Source of the DNA: a virus
Lineage: Duplodnaviria > Caudoviricetes
DNA length: 25,423 bases
Reading direction: 5' to 3' (one strand)
IMG/VR virus record: IMGVR_UViG_3300022916_000084
Coordinates: 1 to 25,423 of that record
This document shows, in pieces, positions 1 to 8,623 of the stretch. The notes beneath the pieces are model-generated. The model was not told the DNA's origin, did not search any database, and saw nothing but the letters and a program-made list of their open reading frames with translations. Numbering within the stretch: the stretch's first letter is position 1; the number at the start of each line of letters is the position of its first letter. A program made the position numbers and the translations under genes.

Positions 1-22
1 TTAAAGCAACCTGCCCTTTGTT

Positions 23-175
23 TTACTTTGCTATGGTAATTTTGCCACAACGTAAGCACTGTTTTACTTCTTTATCAGATATTAATTCAAATCCTGTGTC
101 GTGTAATACATCATCTTGGCATATTTCACAATGATCTTTTTTAATACTGGTAAAGTGGTAATTAAAATCTTTCAT
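23..175 (-). CDS. Small zinc-ribbon protein (50 aa), not in ORF track
   Basis: Manual translation MKDFNYHFTSIKKDHCEICQDD...KQCLRCGKITIAK with two CxxC pairs; AAGGAGGAG Shine-Dalgarno (SD) upstream; ATGA overlap with the preceding ORF. Confidence 0.7.
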   Translation of the reverse strand: MKDFNYHFTSIKKDHCEICQDDVLHDTGFELISDKEVKQCLRCGKITIAK

Positions 176-345
176 TTCTCCTCCTTAATTATGAAACCTG
201 CTTGATGATGGTTGCCTGTTACTTCTTTATAAGCCATAGAAAGTTCCATTAGCTTACTTTCCAATACTGCTATTTCAGCCAATAAGGATGAAATAGTAGC
301 AAATCTTTCATCTTCCCTGATTTTCAGATATTCACTAAATTTCAC
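172..345 (-). CDS. Hypothetical helical protein (57 aa, GTG start), not in ORF track
   Basis: AGGAGG-TTATT-GTG start; translation MKFSEYLKIREDERFATISSLLAEIAVLESKL...IIKEEK. Confidence 0.65.
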   Translation of the reverse strand: MKFSEYLKIREDERFATISSLLAEIAVLESKLMELSMAYKEVTGNHHQAGFIIKEEK

Positions 346-354
346 AATAACCTC

Positions 355-624
355 CTATTTATATAAATTTTTATCCTTTCCAAATATTTTATAATCTTCT
401 TTACATTCAATATATAATTTGTAGTGAGGGCTCACTCTATTACAACCTTCATTTAGAGTACCAACTATTTCACAGCCCTTATCACCACCGATACAAAAAG
501 CATATTCAAGGCCATCCTCTAATTTCTTTATCTTCGCAAATACAAATAAACAAAGATACAAAGAAATTATAAGACTTATTATGCCTATAATTATCATTCT
601 AATTATCTGAATTTTTGTAGGCAT
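355..624 (-). CDS. Small membrane-anchored hypothetical protein with Cys residues
   Basis: N-terminal hydrophobic helix IIIGIISLIISLYLCLFVFA; four Cys in the soluble part. Confidence 0.55.
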   Translation of the reverse strand: MPTKIQIIRMIIIGIISLIISLYLCLFVFAKIKKLEDGLEYAFCIGGDKGCEIVGTLNEGCNRVSPHYKLYIECKEDYKIFGKDKNLYK

Positions 625-874
625 ATTCTTTTAAATTTGTTATTGCTTTATTTAAGCTAACAGGACTTTTCTTTATATCTAAAAATATTGTTTCTAAACT
701 TCCAACTCTACCAGAAAGATTACCTATCTCTTTAACTAATTCATTATTTTTTTCATAGATCATATCTTTAATCTTATCAATCCTAGAAGATACAGCCCAA
801 GAAGCTCCTCCTACTGCTAATAATACGGTTATGAAAATTGCTACTAAAGTTAATGTATATTGATCTCTTTTCAT
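599..874 (-). CDS. Membrane-anchored coiled-coil protein (possible lysis accessory)
   Basis: N-terminal TM helix followed by heptad-like segment; strong SD TAAGGAGG; directly after the holin-like gene. Confidence 0.6.
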   Translation of the reverse strand: MKRDQYTLTLVAIFITVLLAVGGASWAVSSRIDKIKDMIYEKNNELVKEIGNLSGRVGSLETIFLDIKKSPVSLNKAITNLKEYAYKNSDN

Positions 875-888
875 TTAATTAGTCCTCC

Positions 889-1092
889 TTACTTTATTTC
901 AGTTAAATATTTCCTAATAGCATTAACTAGAACACTATTTATAGCAACTACAATCCCTGTATAAGCTCCAAAATCAACACTAGGTATTGTTTCTTGCAAA
1001 TAAGTAGCTAAAGCACCTCCTAGAGCAATTAATAAGCCTAAGCCTAATTTCTTCCAATCAATACTGTTCAATGTAAATCTTTTTGATTCCAT
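889..1092 (-). CDS. Putative holin (2 TM helices)
   Basis: 67 aa, two hydrophobic helices, basic C-terminus (IRKYL), located after the tail genes. Confidence 0.6.
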   Translation of the reverse strand: MESKRFTLNSIDWKKLGLGLLIALGGALATYLQETIPSVDFGAYTGIVVAINSVLVNAIRKYLTEIK

Positions 1093-1104
1093 ATGTTTAT
1101 TTAA

Positions 1105-1401
1105 TTAATTAATTAATGAGTTTAATAAATTACCATTGACATTTGTGATAGTATGATTACCTTCTAATCTTAATTGGATTTCTCCAATCACTTCTTTTTG
1201 TTGATTTAGATCTAGTTCTACTAATTCTATTTCATCATCAACTATTGCATCATAGACATCACTTTCAGCTCCGGCTTGTTCTACTTTTCCAATAGGATTA
1301 TTATTTTTGCTGATTATATCAGCACCAAAAGATAGTATTAATACAATACCAATTATTATTAATACTTTTTTTGTTTTTAACTTTTGTCTTTTTTTATTCA
1401 T
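1105..1401 (-). CDS. Membrane-anchored hypothetical protein
   Basis: Likely start MNKKRQK at 1401, just after the upstream stop at 1403, rather than 1431; basic N-region plus hydrophobic helix VLIIIGIVLILSFGA. Confidence 0.6.
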   Translation of the reverse strand: MNKKRQKLKTKKVLIIIGIVLILSFGADIISKNNNPIGKVEQAGAESDVYDAIVDDEIELVELDLNQQKEVIGEIQLRLEGNHTITNVNGNLLNSLIN

Positions 1402-1402
1402 A

Positions 1403-3289
1403 TTATTGATATTTATGTTTTGATTTATCATAAAGCAATTCTATTTCAGCAGTTGTTAATACTCTATTCCATATTTTAATATCAGCTAAATCTCCATCAA
1501 AATAGCCAGTAGATACTCTACCTATGTCCATATCATTAACAGTAAAATTAGTATTGGTAGTAATAACTATATGATTCCAATTACTATCTATTACGCTAGT
1601 TTCAACTGAATTTATATAAAAAGTAGGATCTATAAATCCGAAGGCACTTATTGCTGGACCAGATTTAGTTTCTATATAATGAGTTCCACCATCAAGGTCA
1701 ATCATTTTTTGAATAGTTCCATTTTTTTCCCAAAAACTAATTGTTTTTAATTCTCTATTTGTATTTCCAATATCTATATAATCATCAGTTCCATCAAAAG
1801 TAGTAGAGGCTGTTCCTATAGTAGCACCATCAACCATACCATCATTTCCATAAGGAGTTTTATCTAAAGTAGTTCCATCTATTTCTTTAACTGTAATATC
1901 AGTAAATTTTAAATCAGTAGTACCACTTCTATAAAATTGAACTTGGATACCTGTTGCTGTAAAATTATAAGTATGGATACCTGTTGCTGTAATCGTATCA
2001 ACCATCCCTAATCCACCAGTAACAAGAACATTTAACCCTCCGCTAGTAATTTCAGTTACATTTATTTTTAATTGATAACTTTTACCGATTATAAAAGGAT
2101 TTTGTAATATTCCAATTAAACCTCCGTTACTAACTAAATGAGCAATATCGTTTGTTCCATCTCTATCAACATAATTACTAACATCTTCTCCGAATACTGT
2201 CCAATCATCAGGATCATCTCCTGTCCAATCACTAAAATCTCCATTAGCAATTAAATCGCTACCTGCTTTTGTATAAGGACTATAAAGTGGCATATCGAAT
2301 ACTAATCCTTTAACTAAAGAACCAGTCGAATATTTATTAGTAGTTTCTACTAATTTTATATTTGTTATGTCAACATAGTTACCATTTGTATAATTAATAA
2401 AATATAAAGCTCCTGCACCAGTAGCAACTTGTTCATAGCTATAAAACTTCCAAGAAGTTGTTAAAACTTGAGTAGCTGGAACGCCTGCCCCTAATTGAAC
2501 TCTAAATACTGTAGCTACATTATCTGTTTTAGCCCAATAAGATAATCTAAATGTCTTACCAACATCAAATTCAGAAATAGCTTGAGAAAGATAAACAGTT
2601 GAGCCGCTATGAGTTATTCTGGCAAAATTGTCAAAATTAGCATCAGATTGATGAGTAATTCCTGCTTCTGACCAATCATCAAAATCATCTCCAGTATGTT
2701 CAGATAAATCTCCATTAGTGATTAAATCGCTAGCATCTATTTGGAGTTTATTAGTAATATCTACTATTGAAATATTATCAATAGCAAAAGCAGAACCAGA
2801 ATCTACACTTGCATAAATTCTTACTTTCGTTGCATTATTTTCAGCAGTTAATTCAGCTGAGTATCTTCCTAATGGATATAGCTGATAAGTTCCACTACGA
2901 AATAATGGTTGATTTCCTTCTTTAGCAAAAGCTATATATGCAGAACCAGCAGATAAATCTAAGATATCAAAACTAACTCTATATTTTCTACCACTAACTA
3001 TTGTAATTGAAGCTGATGTATCTAAGGCATTATTACCAGTAGTATCATCAAAAGTAGCTTTTCCACTTGCTATAGTCCAAGAAGCACCTTCTGTCCATCC
3101 GATTGCTCCATTACTAAAATCACCATTTGTAATTAAATTTTGTGAATCAACTATAGCACTTCCTAAAGGTTCTTCTGGTAAGTTTTGCCAACTATTCCTA
3201 ATACCTAGACCTAAAAATACTAGCATTATAATACTACCTATAATTCCAGTTGTTTTAGGATGTTCTAATATTTTGTCTAATATTTTCAT
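1403..3289 (-). CDS. Membrane-anchored multi-lectin protein: 3 CBM4/9-like repeats plus LamG/concanavalin-like domain
   Basis: N-terminal TM (GIIGSIIMLVFLGLGI); three repeats starting NLITNGDFS/DLITNGDLS/DLIANGDFS; LamG motifs FDGTDDYI, WNHIVIT, FDGDLADIKIWNRVLT. Confidence 0.75.
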   Translation of the reverse strand: MKILDKILEHPKTTGIIGSIIMLVFLGLGIRNSWQNLPEEPLGSAIVDSQNLITNGDFSNGAIGWTEGASWTIASGKATFDDTTGNNALDTSASITIVSGRKYRVSFDILDLSAGSAYIAFAKEGNQPLFRSGTYQLYPLGRYSAELTAENNATKVRIYASVDSGSAFAIDNISIVDITNKLQIDASDLITNGDLSEHTGDDFDDWSEAGITHQSDANFDNFARITHSGSTVYLSQAISEFDVGKTFRLSYWAKTDNVATVFRVQLGAGVPATQVLTTSWKFYSYEQVATGAGALYFINYTNGNYVDITNIKLVETTNKYSTGSLVKGLVFDMPLYSPYTKAGSDLIANGDFSDWTGDDPDDWTVFGEDVSNYVDRDGTNDIAHLVSNGGLIGILQNPFIIGKSYQLKINVTEITSGGLNVLVTGGLGMVDTITATGIHTYNFTATGIQVQFYRSGTTDLKFTDITVKEIDGTTLDKTPYGNDGMVDGATIGTASTTFDGTDDYIDIGNTNRELKTISFWEKNGTIQKMIDLDGGTHYIETKSGPAISAFGFIDPTFYINSVETSVIDSNWNHIVITTNTNFTVNDMDIGRVSTGYFDGDLADIKIWNRVLTTAEIELLYDKSKHKYQ

Positions 3290-3305
3290 ATTTTAAAGTT
3301 ATTTA

Positions 3306-3863
3306 TTATTCTCCCCAAAAGGTTACTGTTAATTTACCCACATCAATAGTTGTATTTATAGTATCTGATTTAGCATATACATTCATATAATCATTAGTTG
3401 ATAATTGAACTATACCAGTAATACTAATATTCGAAACCTTTGAACTAGCTAAAAAAGTATGAGGAGTTACAGCACCAGTTACTAAAGCACCATTTAGATA
3501 TAAAGCATAAGTAGTTTCACAAGCTTTATCTACTGCTAAATCACTTACTCCATTTAATAAAAACTCTCCACCTTCTCCTATGTAAGTTAAAGTTCCATCA
3601 GAAGCTAATGTAAAATCGTTATTTAATCCATCTGAAAAATCGCCATTAATCTGATAATAAGTATCTATACTTGCTAATAATGTAGTTGAAGCAGTTGATA
3701 AATTAATTACTCCTCTTTCATTATCTCTAATAATGTCTTCAGTTACTTCTAAATCTCCATCTACCTTAAAATTTTGATTATAAGAAGTTCGATAAGCATT
3801 AGCACTAAAATAAGATATTGCTATTGCGATTATTACTGCGAATATAAATAATATTTTTTTCAT
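3306..3863 (-). CDS. Signal-peptide protein with C1q/TNF/BclA-C-like jelly-roll domain
   Basis: MKKILFIFAVIIAIAISYFSANA (AxA cleavage site); C-terminal pattern TLTY..G.FLLNG..YALYLNG..SITGIVQLSTNDYMNVY. Confidence 0.6.
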   Translation of the reverse strand: MKKILFIFAVIIAIAISYFSANAYRTSYNQNFKVDGDLEVTEDIIRDNERGVINLSTASTTLLASIDTYYQINGDFSDGLNNDFTLASDGTLTYIGEGGEFLLNGVSDLAVDKACETTYALYLNGALVTGAVTPHTFLASSKVSNISITGIVQLSTNDYMNVYAKSDTINTTIDVGKLTVTFWGE

Positions 3864-3875
3864 ATAATTATTTTA

Positions 3876-5315
3876 TTATTTAATTCTCCAATTTGTACCA
3901 TTAAATATATATTCAATAGAATTATAATCACCTGATATTGTATCGAAAGCATTACCATTAATTGTTTTTCCATCACTAGCATCAACTCTAATATAGTTTC
4001 CAGAAGCATTACCATCATCATCAATAATTGTAATAGCTGTTCCTGTGGCTGTTCCAACTGTTAAAGCTGGTAGAGTGGTAGTAGAAATGCCTGTATTTGA
4101 ATATTGATTAAAGATTGTATAATCTGATTCAGTGGCTGTATGAGTAGCACCAGTTTGGAAATATGATTTATATTTCTTACCGCCTTGCTCTTCTACATAA
4201 CCATTTGAACCATCATAAGTAAATCTAGCTATTTCATTTGCTCCAGCTATTAAACTTACAGAGTCCGATGCTCCAAAACCTACACCAGTGTTTGTATCAC
4301 CTGAATAAGTCAAAGTTGGGTTTGTAAAACTACCTGTAGCTTTTTTTATTTGACCACCTGCACTACCAGTAGAAGAAAAAACATTAGATGTCATATCCCA
4401 ATAACTAGAACCAACAGTGAACCTAATACTATCAGATGAATTTCTATAAAATCCTAAATTAGTATCATTTGCAAAGTGTACTGTTTGAGTTCCTGCTGAT
4501 ACTCCACCATCACTTAAGATTATTGGAGTATTAGAAAAATCAAGTTTTTGATTCTGAATACCACCAATCCCATCAGCTTCGGCATAAACTTTTAAGATAG
4601 TATTTGAATCTACTGCCATACTATATGATTGTTCTACTCCTGCACTAGGAGTTGCACTAACAGGTAAATTAACTAGAGTAACTACTCCAGAATCTTCTAC
4701 TAATTCTATTGGACCAACATTTAAAGTAGCTCCAACATCTATTTCATCATCAGTATTTACTTTAAACATACTTACATAATCAGTTCCTGCATTATTATAA
4801 CCTCTAAACCAAGCATCATTAGCTATTGAAATTGTTGAACTAGAACTTAATCCTCCTTGAACTAATAAGACACCTTGTAAATCAGTAGATCCTTTAACAG
4901 TTAAAGTACCTTCAGTTGTAATATTTCCAGTAGCTACGCTAGTAGTAGCAAATCCACCAACATCTATATCAGTTCCAATAGGAACATTAAATTTTATTTC
5001 ACTATTAGTAGTATCTACTTGAAACATATCGAGATCTATGTCATTACCGACTAGGAATGCAGAAGTAGAAGTTGTTTGAACGTGTAAAAACCCATCTACC
5101 ACTGTATCAATAACAACACTACCAACGTGTAATAGGTCAGCCCAAATTTCAGTTATTTTGTTAGTTATATCTCCTAATGTCCAAGTATCTTTTTTAAGAT
5201 AAATAGCATCATCAGTTTTTCTCCAAAAATTTGGTTCACTAGATTGTGCTTTTGTAGAGTTAAAAGGCATTAATAGAATACCCAATATCCCTATAATAGC
5301 TAATATTTTTTTCAT
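3876..5315 (-). CDS. Tail-fibre-like beta protein with N-terminal signal peptide
   Basis: MKKILAIIGILGILLMPFNSTKA-Q; Gly/Thr/Ser-rich beta repeats; C-terminal TLP...IIDDDGNA...TING...Y.FNGTNW resembles T4 gp34-type fibre repeats. Confidence 0.65.
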   Translation of the reverse strand: MKKILAIIGILGILLMPFNSTKAQSSEPNFWRKTDDAIYLKKDTWTLGDITNKITEIWADLLHVGSVVIDTVVDGFLHVQTTSTSAFLVGNDIDLDMFQVDTTNSEIKFNVPIGTDIDVGGFATTSVATGNITTEGTLTVKGSTDLQGVLLVQGGLSSSSTISIANDAWFRGYNNAGTDYVSMFKVNTDDEIDVGATLNVGPIELVEDSGVVTLVNLPVSATPSAGVEQSYSMAVDSNTILKVYAEADGIGGIQNQKLDFSNTPIILSDGGVSAGTQTVHFANDTNLGFYRNSSDSIRFTVGSSYWDMTSNVFSSTGSAGGQIKKATGSFTNPTLTYSGDTNTGVGFGASDSVSLIAGANEIARFTYDGSNGYVEEQGGKKYKSYFQTGATHTATESDYTIFNQYSNTGISTTTLPALTVGTATGTAITIIDDDGNASGNYIRVDASDGKTINGNAFDTISGDYNSIEYIFNGTNWRIK

Positions 5316-5332
5316 ATTATTTTAATTAATTA

Positions 5333-5623
5333 TTAACTTTTAAATTGTTTATTACCTGTCAAATATACTGTTGATGTTTTACCAGCAGTAGGGCATTTTA
5401 AATGTAGGAAAATACTTTTAGGCATTTTAATATATTCACCAGAACCACCTAATAATATTTTACTATCTGCATCTACTACTCCATCGAAGGAGAAAGCAAC
5501 ATCTGCACCATTACCAGTTGCTAGAGAAACGTTAATGTTCAAATCTCTCAAAACAGGCAATGATATTAACTGATCTGCATCAGTAACATCTACTTTTAAT
5601 TTGTATTGATATGTTTCTACCAT
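5333..5623 (-). CDS. Small beta-rich virion-associated hypothetical protein
   Basis: 96 aa ORF within the tail-fibre cluster. Confidence 0.55.
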   Translation of the reverse strand: MVETYQYKLKVDVTDADQLISLPVLRDLNINVSLATGNGADVAFSFDGVVDADSKILLGGSGEYIKMPKSIFLHLKCPTAGKTSTVYLTGNKQFKS

Positions 5624-5657
5624 ATTTTTTTTATTAATTATTATTTAATTATTTATA

Positions 5658-6488
5658 TTATTCAAATGCTTCAAAAGATATTTTTACCCTAGAATGTAAA
5701 GAAGTAGTATTAGGATCTTGTCTTTCTCTTCTAATTACAAATCCAGTTTCACTAATACTATTTATTTCTATTTTTTGACCTACTCCTGTTGCTCCAGGAG
5801 ATCCTAGTTGAAGTGGAGTTGTTACATCATTTGGTTTATTTGTTTCTAAATTTTCTACTGCATTATCACCAGAAGGTGCACTTAGAGAATTTAAAAGATT
5901 ATTAAATTTTAATACAGTTCCTTCAAATACTACTATACCTATTTTTTGAATATAACTACCACCAGATACTCCTTGTAAATAATAATGGATTTTTATCATT
6001 CTAGGTTTAAATCCTAAATCAACAGTTACATCATTATTAGTAGTTCCAGATGTTGTTGAATCTAAATCTGCTACAACCCCAGCTCTAAACTTAGGCCAAT
6101 GTAATATTTGTATTTGTGTAGAACTAATAGCTCTTCCAACTGGTATAATATAAGTTCCAGGTGTTGTTCCTATTGTTCCATCATCTTGAACATAATAAAG
6201 AGCATTTATTGTCAAGGCACTAAAACCACTAACTATACCATTCTTTTGTAATTGTATAGGATTTCCATCAGTAGAAGTTGATACAAAGAATCCAACAAAA
6301 TTCAACTTTGTCAAATCATTAGCATCACAATTATAACCTTCACCATCAGCATTATCAATATAACCTGCTACTGGTAAAGTCGCACCTGCAATAGATTCAC
6401 CAGCATTAACTAATACAGGCAAATCTTTATTAATCTCATCCGCTGACAATAGATCTCCTGCTGATTTTGGTCTTGCTGTATCACTCAT
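5658..6488 (-). CDS. Putative tail fibre / receptor-binding protein
   Basis: N-terminal cement/DUF2190-like pattern (AGE.I...G.VSGF..L.....YY....G.I......VGRAIS); C-terminal DLGFKP motif common in fibre tips. Confidence 0.6.
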   Translation of the reverse strand: MSDTARPKSAGDLLSADEINKDLPVLVNAGESIAGATLPVAGYIDNADGEGYNCDANDLTKLNFVGFFVSTSTDGNPIQLQKNGIVSGFSALTINALYYVQDDGTIGTTPGTYIIPVGRAISSTQIQILHWPKFRAGVVADLDSTTSGTTNNDVTVDLGFKPRMIKIHYYLQGVSGGSYIQKIGIVVFEGTVLKFNNLLNSLSAPSGDNAVENLETNKPNDVTTPLQLGSPGATGVGQKIEINSISETGFVIRRERQDPNTTSLHSRVKISFEAFE

Positions 6489-6506
6489 ATATAAAATTAT
6501 TATTAA

Positions 6507-7115
6507 TTAAGCATTTGCGAAAGTATATTGTCCTGAAATAAACAAACTTCCTGATTTAACCCATCCACCAGTAATAAGTAAACTCCAAGCCTGTCCATCA
6601 TTAGGTGTACTTCCATCACCATCTATAAAATATCCGAACTCTTCATAAGTTGCATCTGGAATATCTCCTGCACCTATAAAAGAATCTATTGTAACTATAT
6701 TATCATCGAAAGCTGACGTATCAACCACTCCTCTTTCTGTTTCTGTATTTAATTGAGTAGAAGCTACTGTAAAAGCTGTTGTACCACTCCCTAAAGCCCA
6801 ATCTGTAACCTCTCCAGTATAAGTAGTATCTCCTGCTAATCTTCTACATAAAACGTTAAATCCTGTTGTAGGAATAAGATTATGCTTCATATCAGCACTT
6901 AAAATAACTCCTTGTTTTACTAAAAGCTGATACATTTTATCTACTAATAGATCTTCGAGGTTATTATATTTATGAGCTAGTTCTTTTACTACTTTCATTA
7001 CATCATCAGTTCTCTTAATTTTTGGATTCAAATTAAAAGCAGTATAATTAACTTTAACTTTTGCTGTCTTTTTTATAAATTTCTTTACAAATTTTTCTAT
7101 AAGTTTTTTTATCAT
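6507..7115 (-). CDS. Tail-tip / fibre-attachment protein (tail-collar N-terminal-like)
   Basis: TTG.N.L...LAG....VTDWALGSGTTA....TQL.TE.ER...EFG pattern; position after the hub gene. Confidence 0.55.
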   Translation of the reverse strand: MIKKLIEKFVKKFIKKTAKVKVNYTAFNLNPKIKRTDDVMKVVKELAHKYNNLEDLLVDKMYQLLVKQGVILSADMKHNLIPTTGFNVLCRRLAGDTTYTGEVTDWALGSGTTAFTVASTQLNTETERGVVDTSAFDDNIVTIDSFIGAGDIPDATYEEFGYFIDGDGSTPNDGQAWSLLITGGWVKSGSLFISGQYTFANA

Positions 7116-7126
7116 AATATTTTATT

Positions 7127-8620
7127 TTAATAAAGTTTCATTGATATATCTAATCTACCTTGCCTTTTAGGATCAGCCTGACTTGATGGTTCATAATATG
7201 CTAATACCCAGATTGGCTCTACTGCTGAAGTATAATATTGTTCTGCTACCTCTATACCTGCATTATCTTCAACTGGATTAACTAAAGTAAATTCTTCTAA
7301 TACTGTTATATTTAAAGCATCTAATTGCATATTCTCATCTGTTTCTGAATTATCTATCTCTCGAGGCTTAGGAGTTAATAACGATTGTAGCATTTCAATT
7401 AATGTAAACCTCTTTGTGCTGACTAAATCTAATGAATATTGGAATGAATCGTAGCCGTGCTGACTAAATCTAACTTTTTTTATTATTAAATCTTCATCTA
7501 TATTAAATCTATTACTATAAACTCTTATTGTTTGACCTGCTTTTAATCCGGATTCATAAGTTTTTACTCGAGAATCAACAACTGAATCTGCAAATGTTAA
7601 TAGTTCTGCTCTGGCTCTCTTTCTTGCTACATCAGGATCTTCAATGGTATCATCATCAATAATTTTCTCAATTTGAATACCATATTTTATAATACTAGCT
7701 GAATCTTGTGCTATTGCTAATACTGGTTTTTTAGGATTACCACTATACTCCACTACATCAGCATCACTTAAAGCATTTTCAAATCTAAATGTTTTTTCAT
7801 CAAAATTATATAAAACGTCATAGTCTGCAAAAAGATCTGTTCCATCTATACCTACTGTTTGAAGTACTGTATTTAATTTGACTACAAAATTTGTAAATTT
7901 ATAATCAACTAGGAATGATTTAGTTATATTTCCATTAACAGTTATGCTATCTGTAAAAGTACTTGCTTCATAAATACCACCTCTAACCTTTACTACATTA
8001 GCAACTTGTGATCCATCATCGTTTATCTTTAAACTTCCTACTATATGCTTTCCATAATCACTATCAGTATCGTCATCAGTTATTTTGAATGGTGCTGATT
8101 CAGTATTTTTAGGAAAGAAATGTACATCTTTATCTTGATCTATATAGTAACTATACTGAACAATATCTGCTAATCTCTTAATACACTGACCTAGAGAAAC
8201 CTGATTAAATACTATTTTTTCGATTAAGAAGTCTGATGTCGCATTAACGCTTGTAAAACCTGATGCAAAATCGGTTACTAAATCTGAAATTATATCTGCT
8301 ATTGTTTCATTAGTATAAGTTCTTGCTACCAACTTTGAATCAAATTCCCAAGTATGATCTACACAATTAATATTATATATAATTCCTTCAGCGTTAGATA
8401 ATGGACTTTGATTTACTGATAATATTTTTCCTCCTAATATTTTAACCCCTCCATCATATATCTTAATATCGTCATTAAATTCTGGTACTGTTGCTCCTTT
8501 TTGTTTGATCTGGAAATTTGCTGTATCTACTACATTATTTAGATTTAAGTTTACTATAAGACTTTTTTCTACAATAGTATTAGTCTTATCAACATCATTA
8601 ATTTTTACTTGAATACCCAT
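7127..8620 (-). CDS. Minor tail protein / baseplate hub-like (Tal/gp27-like)
   Basis: Directly after the tape measure gene; hub-like motifs IKRLADIVQYSYYIDQDKDVHF, NVVKVRGG, SIIKYG, GLKAGQTIRV. Confidence 0.65.
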   Translation of the reverse strand: MGIQVKINDVDKTNTIVEKSLIVNLNLNNVVDTANFQIKQKGATVPEFNDDIKIYDGGVKILGGKILSVNQSPLSNAEGIIYNINCVDHTWEFDSKLVARTYTNETIADIISDLVTDFASGFTSVNATSDFLIEKIVFNQVSLGQCIKRLADIVQYSYYIDQDKDVHFFPKNTESAPFKITDDDTDSDYGKHIVGSLKINDDGSQVANVVKVRGGIYEASTFTDSITVNGNITKSFLVDYKFTNFVVKLNTVLQTVGIDGTDLFADYDVLYNFDEKTFRFENALSDADVVEYSGNPKKPVLAIAQDSASIIKYGIQIEKIIDDDTIEDPDVARKRARAELLTFADSVVDSRVKTYESGLKAGQTIRVYSNRFNIDEDLIIKKVRFSQHGYDSFQYSLDLVSTKRFTLIEMLQSLLTPKPREIDNSETDENMQLDALNITVLEEFTLVNPVEDNAGIEVAEQYYTSAVEPIWVLAYYEPSSQADPKRQGRLDISMKLY

Positions 8621-8623
8621 ATA

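Noticed and set aside
3860-4057. 65-aa alternate-frame ORF
   Set aside because: Nested in the fibre gene; its Met/Leu/Gln-rich composition is a frame-shift artefact
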